Assembly: GCA_040387495.1 (NCBI GenBank)
Contig: JAZKDQ010000001.1
Location: forward strand, 62,001-126,000
Direction of reading: 5' to 3'
DNA length: 64,000 bases
Origin: Pseudomonadota bacterium
GTDB taxonomy: Bacteria; Pseudomonadota; Alphaproteobacteria; Paracaedibacterales; CAIOTO01
The first letter of the stretch is position 1. Each line of letters starts with the position of its first letter. The notes below the pieces were generated by a model. The model ran no database searches. It saw nothing but the letters and a program-made list of their open reading frames with translations, and was not told the origin of the DNA. The translations under genes were made by a program, and so were the position numbers. Shown piece after piece: positions 53,576-63,434 of the stretch.

Positions 53576-53604
53576 TTGACACAGGAAGATCCGTTTTGTA
53601 TACT
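53576..53604 (+). promoter_or_regulatory. Near-consensus sigma70 promoter for rpmJ
   Basis: TTGACA-17 nt-TATACT, then AGGAG SD. Confidence 0.75.
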
Positions 53605-53633
53605 GCATTTAGTTTTTAGGAGTTATTCATATT

Positions 53634-53759
53634 ATGAAAGTCGCGAATTCAATTAAAACACTTAGAAGTCGTCATAAAGCTTGTAAGGTTGTTCGTCGTC
53701 GTGGTCGTTTGTATGTAATTAACAAACTTGCCCCACGATTTAAAGCACGTCAAGGTTAA
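53634..53759 (+). CDS. rpmJ: 50S ribosomal protein L36, zinc-free (type B); not in ORF track
   Basis: [41 protein letters not shown]. Confidence 0.97.
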   Translation: MKVANSIKTLRSRHKACKVVRRRGRLYVINKLAPRFKARQG

Positions 53760-53774
53760 ATTTATACAGTCTTC

Positions 53775-53803
53775 AAAAAAAGCGCTCTCGAAGCGTTTTT
53801 TTT
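53775..53803 (+). terminator. Intrinsic terminator after rpmJ
   Basis: aaaaaaagcgct-ctcga-agcgtttttttt. Confidence 0.75.
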
Positions 53804-53869
53804 GTGCTTAAATTTCAGAAAAATGTAGCTTAATTATTTTTGACAAACATAGCAGTGTAAATTTAAATT

Positions 53870-54122
53870 GGTGGTGATCTACTCAGTAGAAGCGAGACTT
53901 TCTCACATTTTCTCCTAATTGCGTTGCTTCCGTCTGATAGCACCATAAGATGCTCATCCAAGGTTCTGCTAGCAGTATAGTGTTCTACAATTTCTCCATT
54001 CTCTTAGCCTAAAGGCTTCTGTCTGGCAGGTGCGAGGACAATGATTTTTACTCGAATGGTTTGATGAAGGTGTTTTTACTAATAAAAAAGCACGCTCTTT
54101 TAAAGAACGTGCTTTTTTATTA
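53870..54122 (+). ncRNA. Candidate small RNA with two related CU-rich-loop hairpins
   Basis: Upstream TTGACA-18-TAAATT, duplicated motif, downstream terminator, no credible ORF. Confidence 0.4.
54080..54122. terminator. Bidirectional intrinsic terminator
   Basis: taataaaaaagcacg...cgtgcttttttatta perfect 15-bp arms. Confidence 0.85.
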
Positions 54123-54135
54123 AGGTTAGAGTGGC

Positions 54136-55983
54136 TTATGCAGCTGGTGCAGCTGTACCCGCATTTGCAGGATGCTCGACAAGTGTTTTATTATCATCCT
54201 CAAATTTCTTTTCTTTTTCTGTGCCTGATTTTAATGATTCACCAAAGAATGAATTTTTAGCATCTTTCTTAGGTTCATCCTTTTTTCCTTCTTTTTTCTT
54301 AGCTTCATTTTTTTTTGCATCGTCACTTTTTGGTTCATCTTCAATTCTGAGTGATGGATAACGTGGTTCACCTTTTCGTGTCACGAGCAACATAACATTC
54401 TTGCGACCATGCTTCTTTGCTTCTTTAATGAAATCTAAGACATCTCGTGGCTTCTGAACATCCTTTTGATTTACTTCTACGATGATTTCTCCAGGAACAA
54501 GGCCTGCGTCTTCACCAGCACTAGCAGGCTCGATTTTTGTAATTAATACGCCTTTTGTTTGTGGTGATATGTTCAGCTTCTTTTGTGCACTTTCTGTAAT
54601 TGGGCTCAGCGTTATACCTAAAATTTCTGTAGTATCGACTTTTGCTGCTTTTGCTGAATCTGATTCATCTAGTTTACCGCTTTTAACAGCTTCTTCATAT
54701 TCGCCAATAGTGACTTGCAGCATGACTTCTTTACCTTTGCGCCACACTTTTACTGGGACAGTTTTGCCTATTTCTGTTTCCCCGACAAGGCGTGATAGAC
54801 GATTCTGATCGTTGATGGATTTGCCATCATATTCAATGATAATATCACCGTCTAGAATGCCGGCCTTTTTAGCTGGACCATCATTAGTCGCGCCGCTTAC
54901 CATTGCACCTTGTAATTTAAGACCCAATGCTTCAGCCATATCATCTGTTAGGTGTTGTATGCGTACACCAAGCCAACCACGCTTTGTGCGGCCAAAATCA
55001 ATAAGTTGATCAACTGTTTTTTTTGCAACGCCAGATGGTACTGCAAAACCAACACCAACGTTGCCGCCAGTTGGTGAGAAAATAGCGGTATTAACACCTA
55101 CAACTTGACGTTTCATATTGAGGAGACAGCCACCTGAGTTGCCCATGTTAATTTGCGCGCTGTGTTGCAAGAAATCATCTACGTAGCGATCACGGCCTGA
55201 CGTCATGAGATCGCGTCCCTTGCTTGAAATGATGCCTGCGGTGACGCTGCTGCCAAGGCCAAATGGGTTTCCAATAGCAAGAACCCAATCACCAACGCGT
55301 GTCTCATCATCATTACCCCAATCGAGTGCAATAAGATTACGTTTTGTTTCTGGTAGATCAGTTAATTTTACTTTAAGAACGGCAACATCTGTACGTTCGT
55401 CTGCGGCATGCACAACTGCTTCTAATTCAGTTTTGTCATGTAAATAGACGGTGATCCTTTTTGCATCAGCAATAACATGGTTATTCGTTACGATATAAGC
55501 TGCATCGGTGGTTACACGAATAATAAAACCTGAACCTAAGGATTGCACTTTTCGCGGTGCGTCGAATTGTTGGTGATCAAAGAACTCGCGAAACAACTCA
55601 TCGAATGGAGTACCCGCTGGAAGTTGCGGCCGCTCTCCTTTTGCTTTTGGGTCAATAATTTGAGTGGTAGCAATATTAACAACTGATGGTAGGGCTGGTT
55701 CGGCTACATGTGAAAAACCATGACTTATGTCTACAGGTGACAATGCATTAATAATAGGTTTATTAGTGACAGGAACTGTTTCATTTTTGGTGGCCGTTGT
55801 TGACGTAGGCAATGCTATATTTGCATCTGATTTTTTTTTGTCAGAGGATGATTTGTTGCTTTCTGCTTTTCCAACACTTGTAGTTGTTACGCGCTCTGAT
55901 CGTGCATAACTGTTTGATGTATTGAATGCTGTGCACAAAGTAAGTGCTACACAGTGAATAGCAATAAAATGAGGTAACTTCAT
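54136..55983 (-). CDS. degP: Do/DegP-family periplasmic serine endoprotease
   Basis: SLGSGFII, VTNNHVI, DVAVLK, IGNPFGLG, NMGNSGG, two PDZ domains; downstream of hflKC. Confidence 0.93.
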   Translation of the reverse strand: MKLPHFIAIHCVALTLCTAFNTSNSYARSERVTTTSVGKAESNKSSSDKKKSDANIALPTSTTATKNETVPVTNKPIINALSPVDISHGFSHVAEPALPSVVNIATTQIIDPKAKGERPQLPAGTPFDELFREFFDHQQFDAPRKVQSLGSGFIIRVTTDAAYIVTNNHVIADAKRITVYLHDKTELEAVVHAADERTDVAVLKVKLTDLPETKRNLIALDWGNDDETRVGDWVLAIGNPFGLGSSVTAGIISSKGRDLMTSGRDRYVDDFLQHSAQINMGNSGGCLLNMKRQVVGVNTAIFSPTGGNVGVGFAVPSGVAKKTVDQLIDFGRTKRGWLGVRIQHLTDDMAEALGLKLQGAMVSGATNDGPAKKAGILDGDIIIEYDGKSINDQNRLSRLVGETEIGKTVPVKVWRKGKEVMLQVTIGEYEEAVKSGKLDESDSAKAAKVDTTEILGITLSPITESAQKKLNISPQTKGVLITKIEPASAGEDAGLVPGEIIVEVNQKDVQKPRDVLDFIKEAKKHGRKNVMLLVTRKGEPRYPSLRIEDEPKSDDAKKNEAKKKEGKKDEPKKDAKNSFFGESLKSGTEKEKKFEDDNKTLVEHPANAGTAAPAA

Positions 55984-56008
55984 GAAGGATGCTCCTTAGA
56001 TTTGTTCT

Positions 56009-56884
56009 TTAATGTTGTGTTTTAGATGAATGTGCAAAGTGTTGTAAATAGGGATGATCAGCAGACAATACCATTGACGTTTCTGATTGCATGGTATGTC
56101 GATATGATTCGAGTGATCTATAAAAATTATAAAACTCAATATCAACGCCAAATGCTTTGTTTGTAATCTCCATTGCTGTAGCATCACCTTTACCACGAAC
56201 ACCTTGTGCTTTTTGTTGTGCTTCAGCAACTAATACGGCGCGTTCACGTTCGGCGTTTGCACGAATGCCTCGGGCTTTTTCATCGCCTTCTGCTCTATTT
56301 TGTTTTGCTGTTCGAATTAAAATAGAATTCATACGATCAAAAACGGCACGGCGGTTTTCTGTTGGTAATTCGGTTCGAATGATACGAACATCCACAATTT
56401 CAAGGCCAAGCGACTTGGATAGAACCGTAACTTCATCTCGAATTTGTTTCATAATAGAAACACGCTCTGCACTTAATAATTTACGAAGCTCTACTTTACC
56501 AAGGACATTCTTAATGCTACTTGAGACAACGGCATCAAGACGCATGCGTGCACCTATTTCATTTGCTGGGCTGACTGAACGGAAAAAACTTAATGCATCA
56601 ATAATTCGATAGCGCACATAGGCGTCTACATTAAGACGCTTTTGATCCACTGTCATAACAGAAATGGGATCAGAGTCATAATCAATGATACGTTTTTCAT
56701 AAAACATTACTTCTTGAATGAATGGCAATTTAAATTTAAGGCCAGGCTCATTATGAAATGCTTTTGCTTCCCCAAACTGAAGAACAACTGCTTGGTTTAC
56801 CTGGTCAACAACAAAAATAGAGGAGCCTAAAACAAAAAGGCCACCTAATGCGCACAGCATAATTAAGAGAGAACGTTGAGACAT
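56009..56884 (-). CDS. hflC: FtsH protease modulator HflC
   Basis: SPFH domain; EPGL.FKLPFIQ, DVRI.R..LP, FY.FYRSLESY. Confidence 0.96.
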   Translation of the reverse strand: MSQRSLLIMLCALGGLFVLGSSIFVVDQVNQAVVLQFGEAKAFHNEPGLKFKLPFIQEVMFYEKRIIDYDSDPISVMTVDQKRLNVDAYVRYRIIDALSFFRSVSPANEIGARMRLDAVVSSSIKNVLGKVELRKLLSAERVSIMKQIRDEVTVLSKSLGLEIVDVRIIRTELPTENRRAVFDRMNSILIRTAKQNRAEGDEKARGIRANAERERAVLVAEAQQKAQGVRGKGDATAMEITNKAFGVDIEFYNFYRSLESYRHTMQSETSMVLSADHPYLQHFAHSSKTQH

Positions 56885-56889
56885 GACAA

Positions 56890-58107
56890 TTATCCTTGTT
56901 TCTTATCAGCTTTTACGCCGGGTTGTAGATGGAAATATGGTACAAGTCCGGGTGCTGCCTTTGGATCAATGATCGTTTTGTGTACATGGCTTAGCACGTG
57001 CTCCATTGTGTCAAGATACAGACGTTTGCGAGAAACTTCTGGGTTTTTCTTGTATTCAACATAGACCTGATTGAAACGATCTGCTTCACCTCGTGCACGG
57101 GCGATTACTTCTTTTTCGTATCCTTCAGCTTCTTGGACGATCTTAGATGCTTCACCTCGCGCTTTAGGTACGATCTCAAAATGGTATGCTTCGGCTTCAT
57201 TTCGCATACGATCTCCATCGGTTAAAGATGCTTGCATATCGTTAAAAGCATCAATGACTTCGCTAGGTGCGTCAACTTTTTGCAATTGTATTTTAACGAT
57301 CTGAACCCCGATGTTGTATTGATTCAAGACTTTTTGAAGTAGTTCCTGGGTCTTTAATTCAATTGCGTCTCGTTTTTCTGTTAAGGCTTCGCGTGCAGTG
57401 GTCTGCCCCATGATTTCACGAACAATACTTTCGGCTGCTACTAAAATTGTTTGTTCCGGTTCGCGTACTGAAAAAAGAAAATCTTTAATGTCTTTAATTT
57501 TCCAAAGAACCGTATAGTTGATATGAACCATGTTTTCGTCGCCTGTTAAGACGAGCGTTTTATCAAAGTTACGCCCTGTATCAACCTGTGTGACGCTATC
57601 AATCTTATTTAGAACTGCCGTCTTTTTGATGATTTCGCGTTCTATTGGAAAAGGCAAGCGATAATGAGGGCCAGGGCCGACTGTATGCGTCATTTTACCA
57701 AAACGTAAAATCACAGCAATTTCACCACCTTGGTCTTTTACGAAAAAGATACCCGTTGAAAGCCACAGTGCGATTGCCACAGCAACAATACCTATGATGC
57801 CACCTTTACTTATGCCTGGTGTATTTGACGGGGGTCTTTGATCGCCAGAGTTATTGCCTGTGCCACGGTTTCCACCATTATTTCCACCAAAATTAGCGCT
57901 ACCTTTTTTTACCTGCTTAATAAATGACGAAAACATATCATCATTCTTACCTGAGGTATTCGGCTTGCGAAAAGACGATGTGCCATCTTGTTTTGCCCAT
58001 GGATTTGTCGGTTGTTCCGGTGTTTTTTTAGTTGGACGCTTGGATTTTGTATCATCCGAGCTAGTGTCCCATGGGTTGTCATTTGGATCTTCTGGATCTT
58101 TGCTCAT
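56890..58107 (-). CDS. hflK: FtsH protease modulator HflK
   Basis: NPW N-terminal motifs, LTGDEN.V, V.DAF.D, R.RLYLDTME; likely ATG 58107. Confidence 0.96.
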   Translation of the reverse strand: MSKDPEDPNDNPWDTSSDDTKSKRPTKKTPEQPTNPWAKQDGTSSFRKPNTSGKNDDMFSSFIKQVKKGSANFGGNNGGNRGTGNNSGDQRPPSNTPGISKGGIIGIVAVAIALWLSTGIFFVKDQGGEIAVILRFGKMTHTVGPGPHYRLPFPIEREIIKKTAVLNKIDSVTQVDTGRNFDKTLVLTGDENMVHINYTVLWKIKDIKDFLFSVREPEQTILVAAESIVREIMGQTTAREALTEKRDAIELKTQELLQKVLNQYNIGVQIVKIQLQKVDAPSEVIDAFNDMQASLTDGDRMRNEAEAYHFEIVPKARGEASKIVQEAEGYEKEVIARARGEADRFNQVYVEYKKNPEVSRKRLYLDTMEHVLSHVHKTIIDPKAAPGLVPYFHLQPGVKADKKQG

Positions 58108-58475
58108 AAAAATACTCGGCCTTAACGTTGACGTTATGTAGTGTTTTTTCACTGCACTCATCCTGTAAAAAGATGTCAGAGTGCACGCTTGAAAAGTATA
58201 GAACACTCTATTTATTTTTACAATCCGCGTCTCTTGTGTTTCTTGCCTTTGTAGAAAATTTTATAGGAATTCTTTTTTATGAAATATGTTGAGAGGTCTT
58301 GTAATGTTGAAAAACTTATTAAGATGAAAGGATTTGTTTTAGTTTTTTATTAATATAACAATGTTTTGATGGTTTTTTACAAAAAATTATCATAATTTTT
58401 CAAAACTGGGTTGCGATCATTTTTGATTGGGGTTATCATGCAGAAATGTAATTCGAATTATAAGGTGTTTTAGGT

Positions 58476-59264
58476 ATGTTTACTAAAATCTTGGCTGCTG
58501 TATTTATTTCAACATTTGGGGTGAGTGTTTTTGCAAGTGCTGACTTTGATAATATTTCAGATTTTAAAAAATTAAGAATAAATGAATGTGAAGAGTATTT
58601 AAAAACTTCCGATGAAGTGTCAGATTGCGATGAATTGAGCGCTGATTTTGTTGATTTTCGAAATGAAAAATTAGTAAGCATGGATCAACATGAGCTTACT
58701 ATTAATGATAGCGCAGATGGTAAGTCATTAACACCTGCTGCAGAACGTCATCAAAAGAGGCAGGAGCAACTTAAAACAATAACATATCCTTCTATTGAAT
58801 GGGCGGCTGATGCTTTTGAAGGAAGAAATAGTGAAGAAAGCAGCCTGACATCATACGAAAATAGTGAAGAAAGTAGTTTAACTTCACATGAAAATAGTGA
58901 AATATGCAGTGTTTCATCCGAGAATAACAATGATGATGAGCTAAATGATGAAAAATCAGATTTCAGTTCAGTAGTAAGTAGTTTTTCATCAGGAAAGAGG
59001 AGCTTGGCATATCATACTGATTTGTCCAGTCTTCCTTATTTAATGAGGAGAGAATCTATTGATGATCCAGATACAAAAAGCATCACTGTTGATGTTCAAA
59101 GTGTGAAAAGTAGCCCTATTGATATGCATTCTTTTAATGAGTGTGATTTCGGTTGCCCTTCATTTTTATGGTCTTCTACTAATTCACCTATATCTCCACG
59201 TCATAAAAAAGTTTATTCAAACGATGGAAAAATATTAAGGACTTTTTCTGGTACTTTGATATAG
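58476..59264 (+). CDS. Hypothetical secreted Ser/acidic-rich protein
   Basis: Signal-peptide-like MFTKILAAVFISTFGVSVFA; internal repeats; no family recognised. Confidence 0.7.
   Translation: MFTKILAAVFISTFGVSVFASADFDNISDFKKLRINECEEYLKTSDEVSDCDELSADFVDFRNEKLVSMDQHELTINDSADGKSLTPAAERHQKRQEQLKTITYPSIEWAADAFEGRNSEESSLTSYENSEESSLTSHENSEICSVSSENNNDDELNDEKSDFSSVVSSFSSGKRSLAYHTDLSSLPYLMRRESIDDPDTKSITVDVQSVKSSPIDMHSFNECDFGCPSFLWSSTNSPISPRHKKVYSNDGKILRTFSGTLI
58827..58901 (+). repeat. 33-bp coding tandem repeat (about 2.3 copies; NSEESSLTSxE)
   Basis: aatagtgaa at 58827, 58860 and 58893. Confidence 0.85.
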
Positions 59265-59293
59265 GTATATTAAGAAAAATAATTTAGTACAGA

Positions 59294-60403
59294 ATGAAAA
59301 TGGAACACATAAAAAAAATACTTGAACAAATTACTTTGCCTAATGTGGGCGGCTCACCTGATCACAATAACCCCTCATCTGATATGAGGCCAGATGTTGT
59401 GGCCTCTCGTGTTATTAACGTGCACGCAGATGATAAACAAATTCTTGTGTTGCTTGATGCGACAGGGTTATCTGCTGATGATCAGTATGCAACGAAAACA
59501 GCTGTAGAGGCCGCACTTAAAGCGGCGGAATCTTCAGTAAATAAAAATATTCAGGTATCTTTTTCCATGGATGCAAAACCACAAGCTGTAAAGGCACCGC
59601 ATTCTCCTAAAAGTCCAATGAATAAAAAACCAATCCCACATGTTAAAAAGATTTTACTCGTCGCATCTGGTAAAGGCGGAGTAGGGAAGTCCACCACAGC
59701 ATTAAACCTTGCAATCGCATTTCAACAAACAGGACTTCGCGTCGGTGTGCTGGATGCTGATATATATGGCCCTTCATTGCCATTGATGCTGGGATGTCGT
59801 GATAAACCTGATGTGTCAGATGATAAAAAACTAATTCCAATTGCAAAACATGGCTTATCAGTAATGTCTATGGGCTTTTTAATTGATGAGGCAATGCCAA
59901 TGATTTGGCGCGGTCCTATGGTGCAAGGCGCGTTGCATCAGTTATTGTTCGAAGTTGCATGGGGACACGAAGGTGATCTTGATGTGTTGGTCATTGATAC
60001 GCCACCAGGCACGGGCGATGTGCATTTAACATTGGCTCAGCAGCTAGTTGTAGGTGGTGCCGTTATTGTATCGACGCCGCAAGATATGGCATTGATTGAT
60101 GCAAAAAAAGCTATTGCTATGTTTGATAAAGTATCTATTCCTGTCGTAGGAATGATTGAAAACATGGCGTATTTTTGTTGCCCTAACTGTGGAGTTAACA
60201 CAGATATCTTTAGTCGTGGTGGTGCACATAAAGCGGCAGATGCGGCAGGGATTCCTTTTTTGGGTGCGATTCCATTGGCGCCAGCTATTCGGCTGGCTTG
60301 TGACGCGGGGATCCCGTTAGCAGTGGATTCATCGGTATCTGAGGGGGCTGTCTTGTACTGTTCAATCGCTAAATTAATTGCCGATCGCTTAGGTTTAAAA
60401 TAA
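59294..60403 (+). CDS. mrp: Mrp/NBP35 (ApbC) iron-sulfur cluster carrier ATPase
   Basis: ASGKGGVGKST, DADIYGPS, WRGPMV, DTPPGTGD, ENM..F.CPNC. Confidence 0.96.
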   Translation: MKMEHIKKILEQITLPNVGGSPDHNNPSSDMRPDVVASRVINVHADDKQILVLLDATGLSADDQYATKTAVEAALKAAESSVNKNIQVSFSMDAKPQAVKAPHSPKSPMNKKPIPHVKKILLVASGKGGVGKSTTALNLAIAFQQTGLRVGVLDADIYGPSLPLMLGCRDKPDVSDDKKLIPIAKHGLSVMSMGFLIDEAMPMIWRGPMVQGALHQLLFEVAWGHEGDLDVLVIDTPPGTGDVHLTLAQQLVVGGAVIVSTPQDMALIDAKKAIAMFDKVSIPVVGMIENMAYFCCPNCGVNTDIFSRGGAHKAADAAGIPFLGAIPLAPAIRLACDAGIPLAVDSSVSEGAVLYCSIAKLIADRLGLK

Positions 60404-60469
60404 ACGTGTACAAAACCATACGCGTAATTTATAATTTCTTTATTCTTTAAACATAATCAGGAAATAAAT

Positions 60470-61030
60470 ATGAACGTTCAAAAAATAACAACCGTACTTT
60501 TATTAGGTGTGTCAGTAGTGATTTTTGGATCAGGCTGTACGCGTAATATTTCATCAAATAATTATAACTCAGCTAATGTGGGTGAATCAGCAAACACATG
60601 CCAGGGTGTTATTATTAATGCTGAAATTGTAAATGTTTCAGAAACAGAAAAGCTGAGTGAAAATGGCATGGGTATGGGGCTTGGTGCACTTGGTGGCGGC
60701 TTATTAGGCTCTGCATTTGGTAAAGGCACAGGTCAATTAGTCGGAGTTGGTGTTGGTGCACTGGCGGGCGGCGTTGGTGGTGCATTCGCTGAACAGGCTC
60801 TCGGTAATCAACAAGGTATGAAATATACGGTTCGACTAAACAGTGGTGTTATAAAAACTGTTGTACAGGGCGGGGATAATCCAATGCGTGTTGGACAACG
60901 TGTTTTCCTTGAAGAAAGTATTGGGGCAAACAAAGGCCGTTCACGTGTGTATCCAGACAATTCAGGAATATCAGAAATCCAACAATCAGTACCTGTGCCG
61001 TCGACGCAAGTTGTGCGTATTGTACATTAA
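60470..61030 (+). CDS. Outer-membrane lipoprotein with glycine-zipper 2TM (SlyB/Pcp-like)
   Basis: Lipobox GSGC; GALGGGLLGSAFG.G.G...GALAGG. Confidence 0.85.
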   Translation: MNVQKITTVLLLGVSVVIFGSGCTRNISSNNYNSANVGESANTCQGVIINAEIVNVSETEKLSENGMGMGLGALGGGLLGSAFGKGTGQLVGVGVGALAGGVGGAFAEQALGNQQGMKYTVRLNSGVIKTVVQGGDNPMRVGQRVFLEESIGANKGRSRVYPDNSGISEIQQSVPVPSTQVVRIVH

Positions 61031-61053
61031 ATCTATACTTTTTGATAGTTATC

Positions 61054-61086
61054 CCTCGGTGCCTGTCAAAAGCACCGAGGTTTTTT
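61054..61086 (+). terminator. Intrinsic terminator
   Basis: cctcggtgc-ctgtcaaaa-gcaccgagg followed by a T run. Confidence 0.85.
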
Positions 61087-61123
61087 ATTTTTAAGCTCCC
61101 TCAACACTAAGGACATCTTCAAT

Positions 61124-62416
61124 ATGCGTTTATCTGCTTATTTTCTACCGGTACTCAAAGAAATACCTGCTGATGCACAAATTGCATCGCACCGTCTCAT
61201 GCTGCGTGCTGGTATGGTGAATCAATGCGCGTCGGGTTTGTATTCATGGTTACCTCTTGGGCAACGGGTTCTGTCAAAGATCGAAAAAATCGTTGCGGAA
61301 GAGCAAGATAAAATTGGTTGCCACCGGGTGATTATGCCAACGTTGCAACCGGCATCGTTGTGGCAAGAAAGTGGCCGATACGAAGATTACGGTAAGGAAA
61401 TGTTGCGTGTTAAAGACCGTCATGACCGTGACTTGTTATTTGGCCCAACAAATGAAGAGGTTATTACCGACATCGTTCGTCAATATGTAAAAAGCTATCG
61501 TGATTTACCACAAGTTTTGTATCAGATCACTTGGAAATTTCGTGATGAGATGCGCCCCCGTTTTGGTGTGATGCGTGGCCGTGAATTCTTGATGAAGGAT
61601 GGTTATTCATTTGACGCTACTTATGAAGATGCACGTGCAACTTATCAGCGGATATTCGAGAGCTATTTACGCACGTTTGATCGTTTGGGTCTCGTTGCTA
61701 TTCCGGTCAAGGCTGATTCAGGTGCTATTGGCGGTGACCTTAGTCATGAATTTCAAATTATGGCGGAAACGGGCGAGAGTACAGTTTATTATGATGGGGC
61801 GTACGATTCGTTGACACCTGAACAACGCACGTTTGATCATTTGCAGACGCTGTACGCAGCAGCTGATGAAAAGCATGATGCAGACAATTGCCCTGTGCCA
61901 GCCGATCGTTTGAAATCTGCACGTGGCATTGAGGTTGGGCATATTTTCTATTTTGGCAAGAAGTATTCCGAAGCCTTAAATGTAAAAGTGGCTGGTGCTG
62001 ATGGACAAGCTATTGTGCCTGAAATGGGATCTTATGGCATCGGTGTATCACGTTTGGTTGCGGCTATTATTGAGGCGAATCATGACGATGCAGGAATCAT
62101 TTGGCCAGATGCGGTTGCGCCATTTAAAGTAGCGTTGATTTCAGCAAAAACAAGTGATGAAGCGTGCGATGCGATTGCGAATGATATCTATGGAAAGCTT
62201 ACACGTGCTGGCGTTGAGGTGTTGTTTGACGATCGTGACGATCGCCCTGGCGCAAAGTTTGCAACGATGGATTTGATCGGCATTCCGCATCATCTGATTG
62301 TGGGTAATAAAGCAATTCAAGAATCGATGGTGGAATATAAAAATCGCCGCACGGGTGCGCGTGAAATGATTGCGTTGTCAGCTGTTGATGCGTGGATTGA
62401 CGGGATGCGTGGGTAG
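61124..62416 (+). CDS. proS: Proline--tRNA ligase (short alpha type)
   Basis: [47 protein letters not shown]. Confidence 0.98.
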   Translation: MRLSAYFLPVLKEIPADAQIASHRLMLRAGMVNQCASGLYSWLPLGQRVLSKIEKIVAEEQDKIGCHRVIMPTLQPASLWQESGRYEDYGKEMLRVKDRHDRDLLFGPTNEEVITDIVRQYVKSYRDLPQVLYQITWKFRDEMRPRFGVMRGREFLMKDGYSFDATYEDARATYQRIFESYLRTFDRLGLVAIPVKADSGAIGGDLSHEFQIMAETGESTVYYDGAYDSLTPEQRTFDHLQTLYAAADEKHDADNCPVPADRLKSARGIEVGHIFYFGKKYSEALNVKVAGADGQAIVPEMGSYGIGVSRLVAAIIEANHDDAGIIWPDAVAPFKVALISAKTSDEACDAIANDIYGKLTRAGVEVLFDDRDDRPGAKFATMDLIGIPHHLIVGNKAIQESMVEYKNRRTGAREMIALSAVDAWIDGMRG

Positions 62417-62639
62417 CATCAATATTAATTTAAAATTATTGTAAAAAATATAATGTGTTATTTTTATTGCAAGGTTAAGTTGTTTGGATTTTTTAATAAA
62501 ATTTAATAGCGCTGCAATAAGAATAGCAAATTATAATACCGGATTTTGTTTTTGTAATGATAAGGTAAACTCTGCTGGATGTAGAGAAAATATTAAGATC
62601 TACTTTTGGTATGATGATCAATCAAGCAAAATTTATTCT

Positions 62640-62828
62640 TTACACATAGTAACACCATAAAGAACCTATGACGATGCTCGCAAGAACCATAATTCTTCGC
62701 CTAACATATACCTCTTTCGGATGCGTGAAAAACTCATTGGACATTGCCTGCTGCAAATATTGCTCTACGCTTTTTCTTTTGCTTCTTCTTTGAATAAAGA
62801 AATCTTGCTCATACACGATATGCGACAT
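62640..62828 (-). CDS. Small hypothetical protein with C-terminal hydrophobic segment
   Basis: 62-aa ORF with AGAGGA SD-like sequence upstream; no family recognised. Confidence 0.35.
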   Translation of the reverse strand: MSHIVYEQDFFIQRRSKRKSVEQYLQQAMSNEFFTHPKEVYVRRRIMVLASIVIGSLWCYYV

Positions 62829-63434
62829 TTATTATGTTCCTCTTATTTCTAACGGTTCATTAAATATGTTTTGTTTGGGTTAAAAATCTTATAAAGAAAA
62901 CATAACCTGATTAAAATTATAATGAAATGTGAATAAGTCTTTGTTTTTCTCGGTTTTATGTGCATTTTTAGTTATTTTTCAGAAAGATGTTTTAAGATTC
63001 AACTTAAAAGTGTATTTGGTCCTTGTTGCCACTTGTGTGATTTAATGAGAGGGTATTATTTTATAGGGCCTGATTCTAAGTATGTTACGAAAAATTTCAG
63101 GAATAAATTACTTTTCATTTTTGATTACAGGATGAGTGGTATGTTGATGAAATACAGTAGATACGGCGGAGCTTGTCCATCTTCCGTACGTGGGACAAAG
63201 CTCGGGAGATAGCCATTATTCTTTTATTGAATTGTATTTAATGCAATATTAATTTCCAATCGAAAAATACTTTATACTCGCAAAAGTGCCGCTGTTTCAT
63301 AAAAATCTGTTGTCAATTGGTTCTATGAAACTCTGAATTTTTGTGAATTTCATTGAAACTGCGGGGTGTCTCCGCTATCTTTAAGGGTGACATTTTTATT
63401 TCCACATAATCAGAATTGATAAAGTATAAATCGT

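Noticed and set aside
62958..63212. 84-aa ORF in the proS-lepA gap
   Set aside because: No SD, atypical composition and no recognisable domain; likely spurious.
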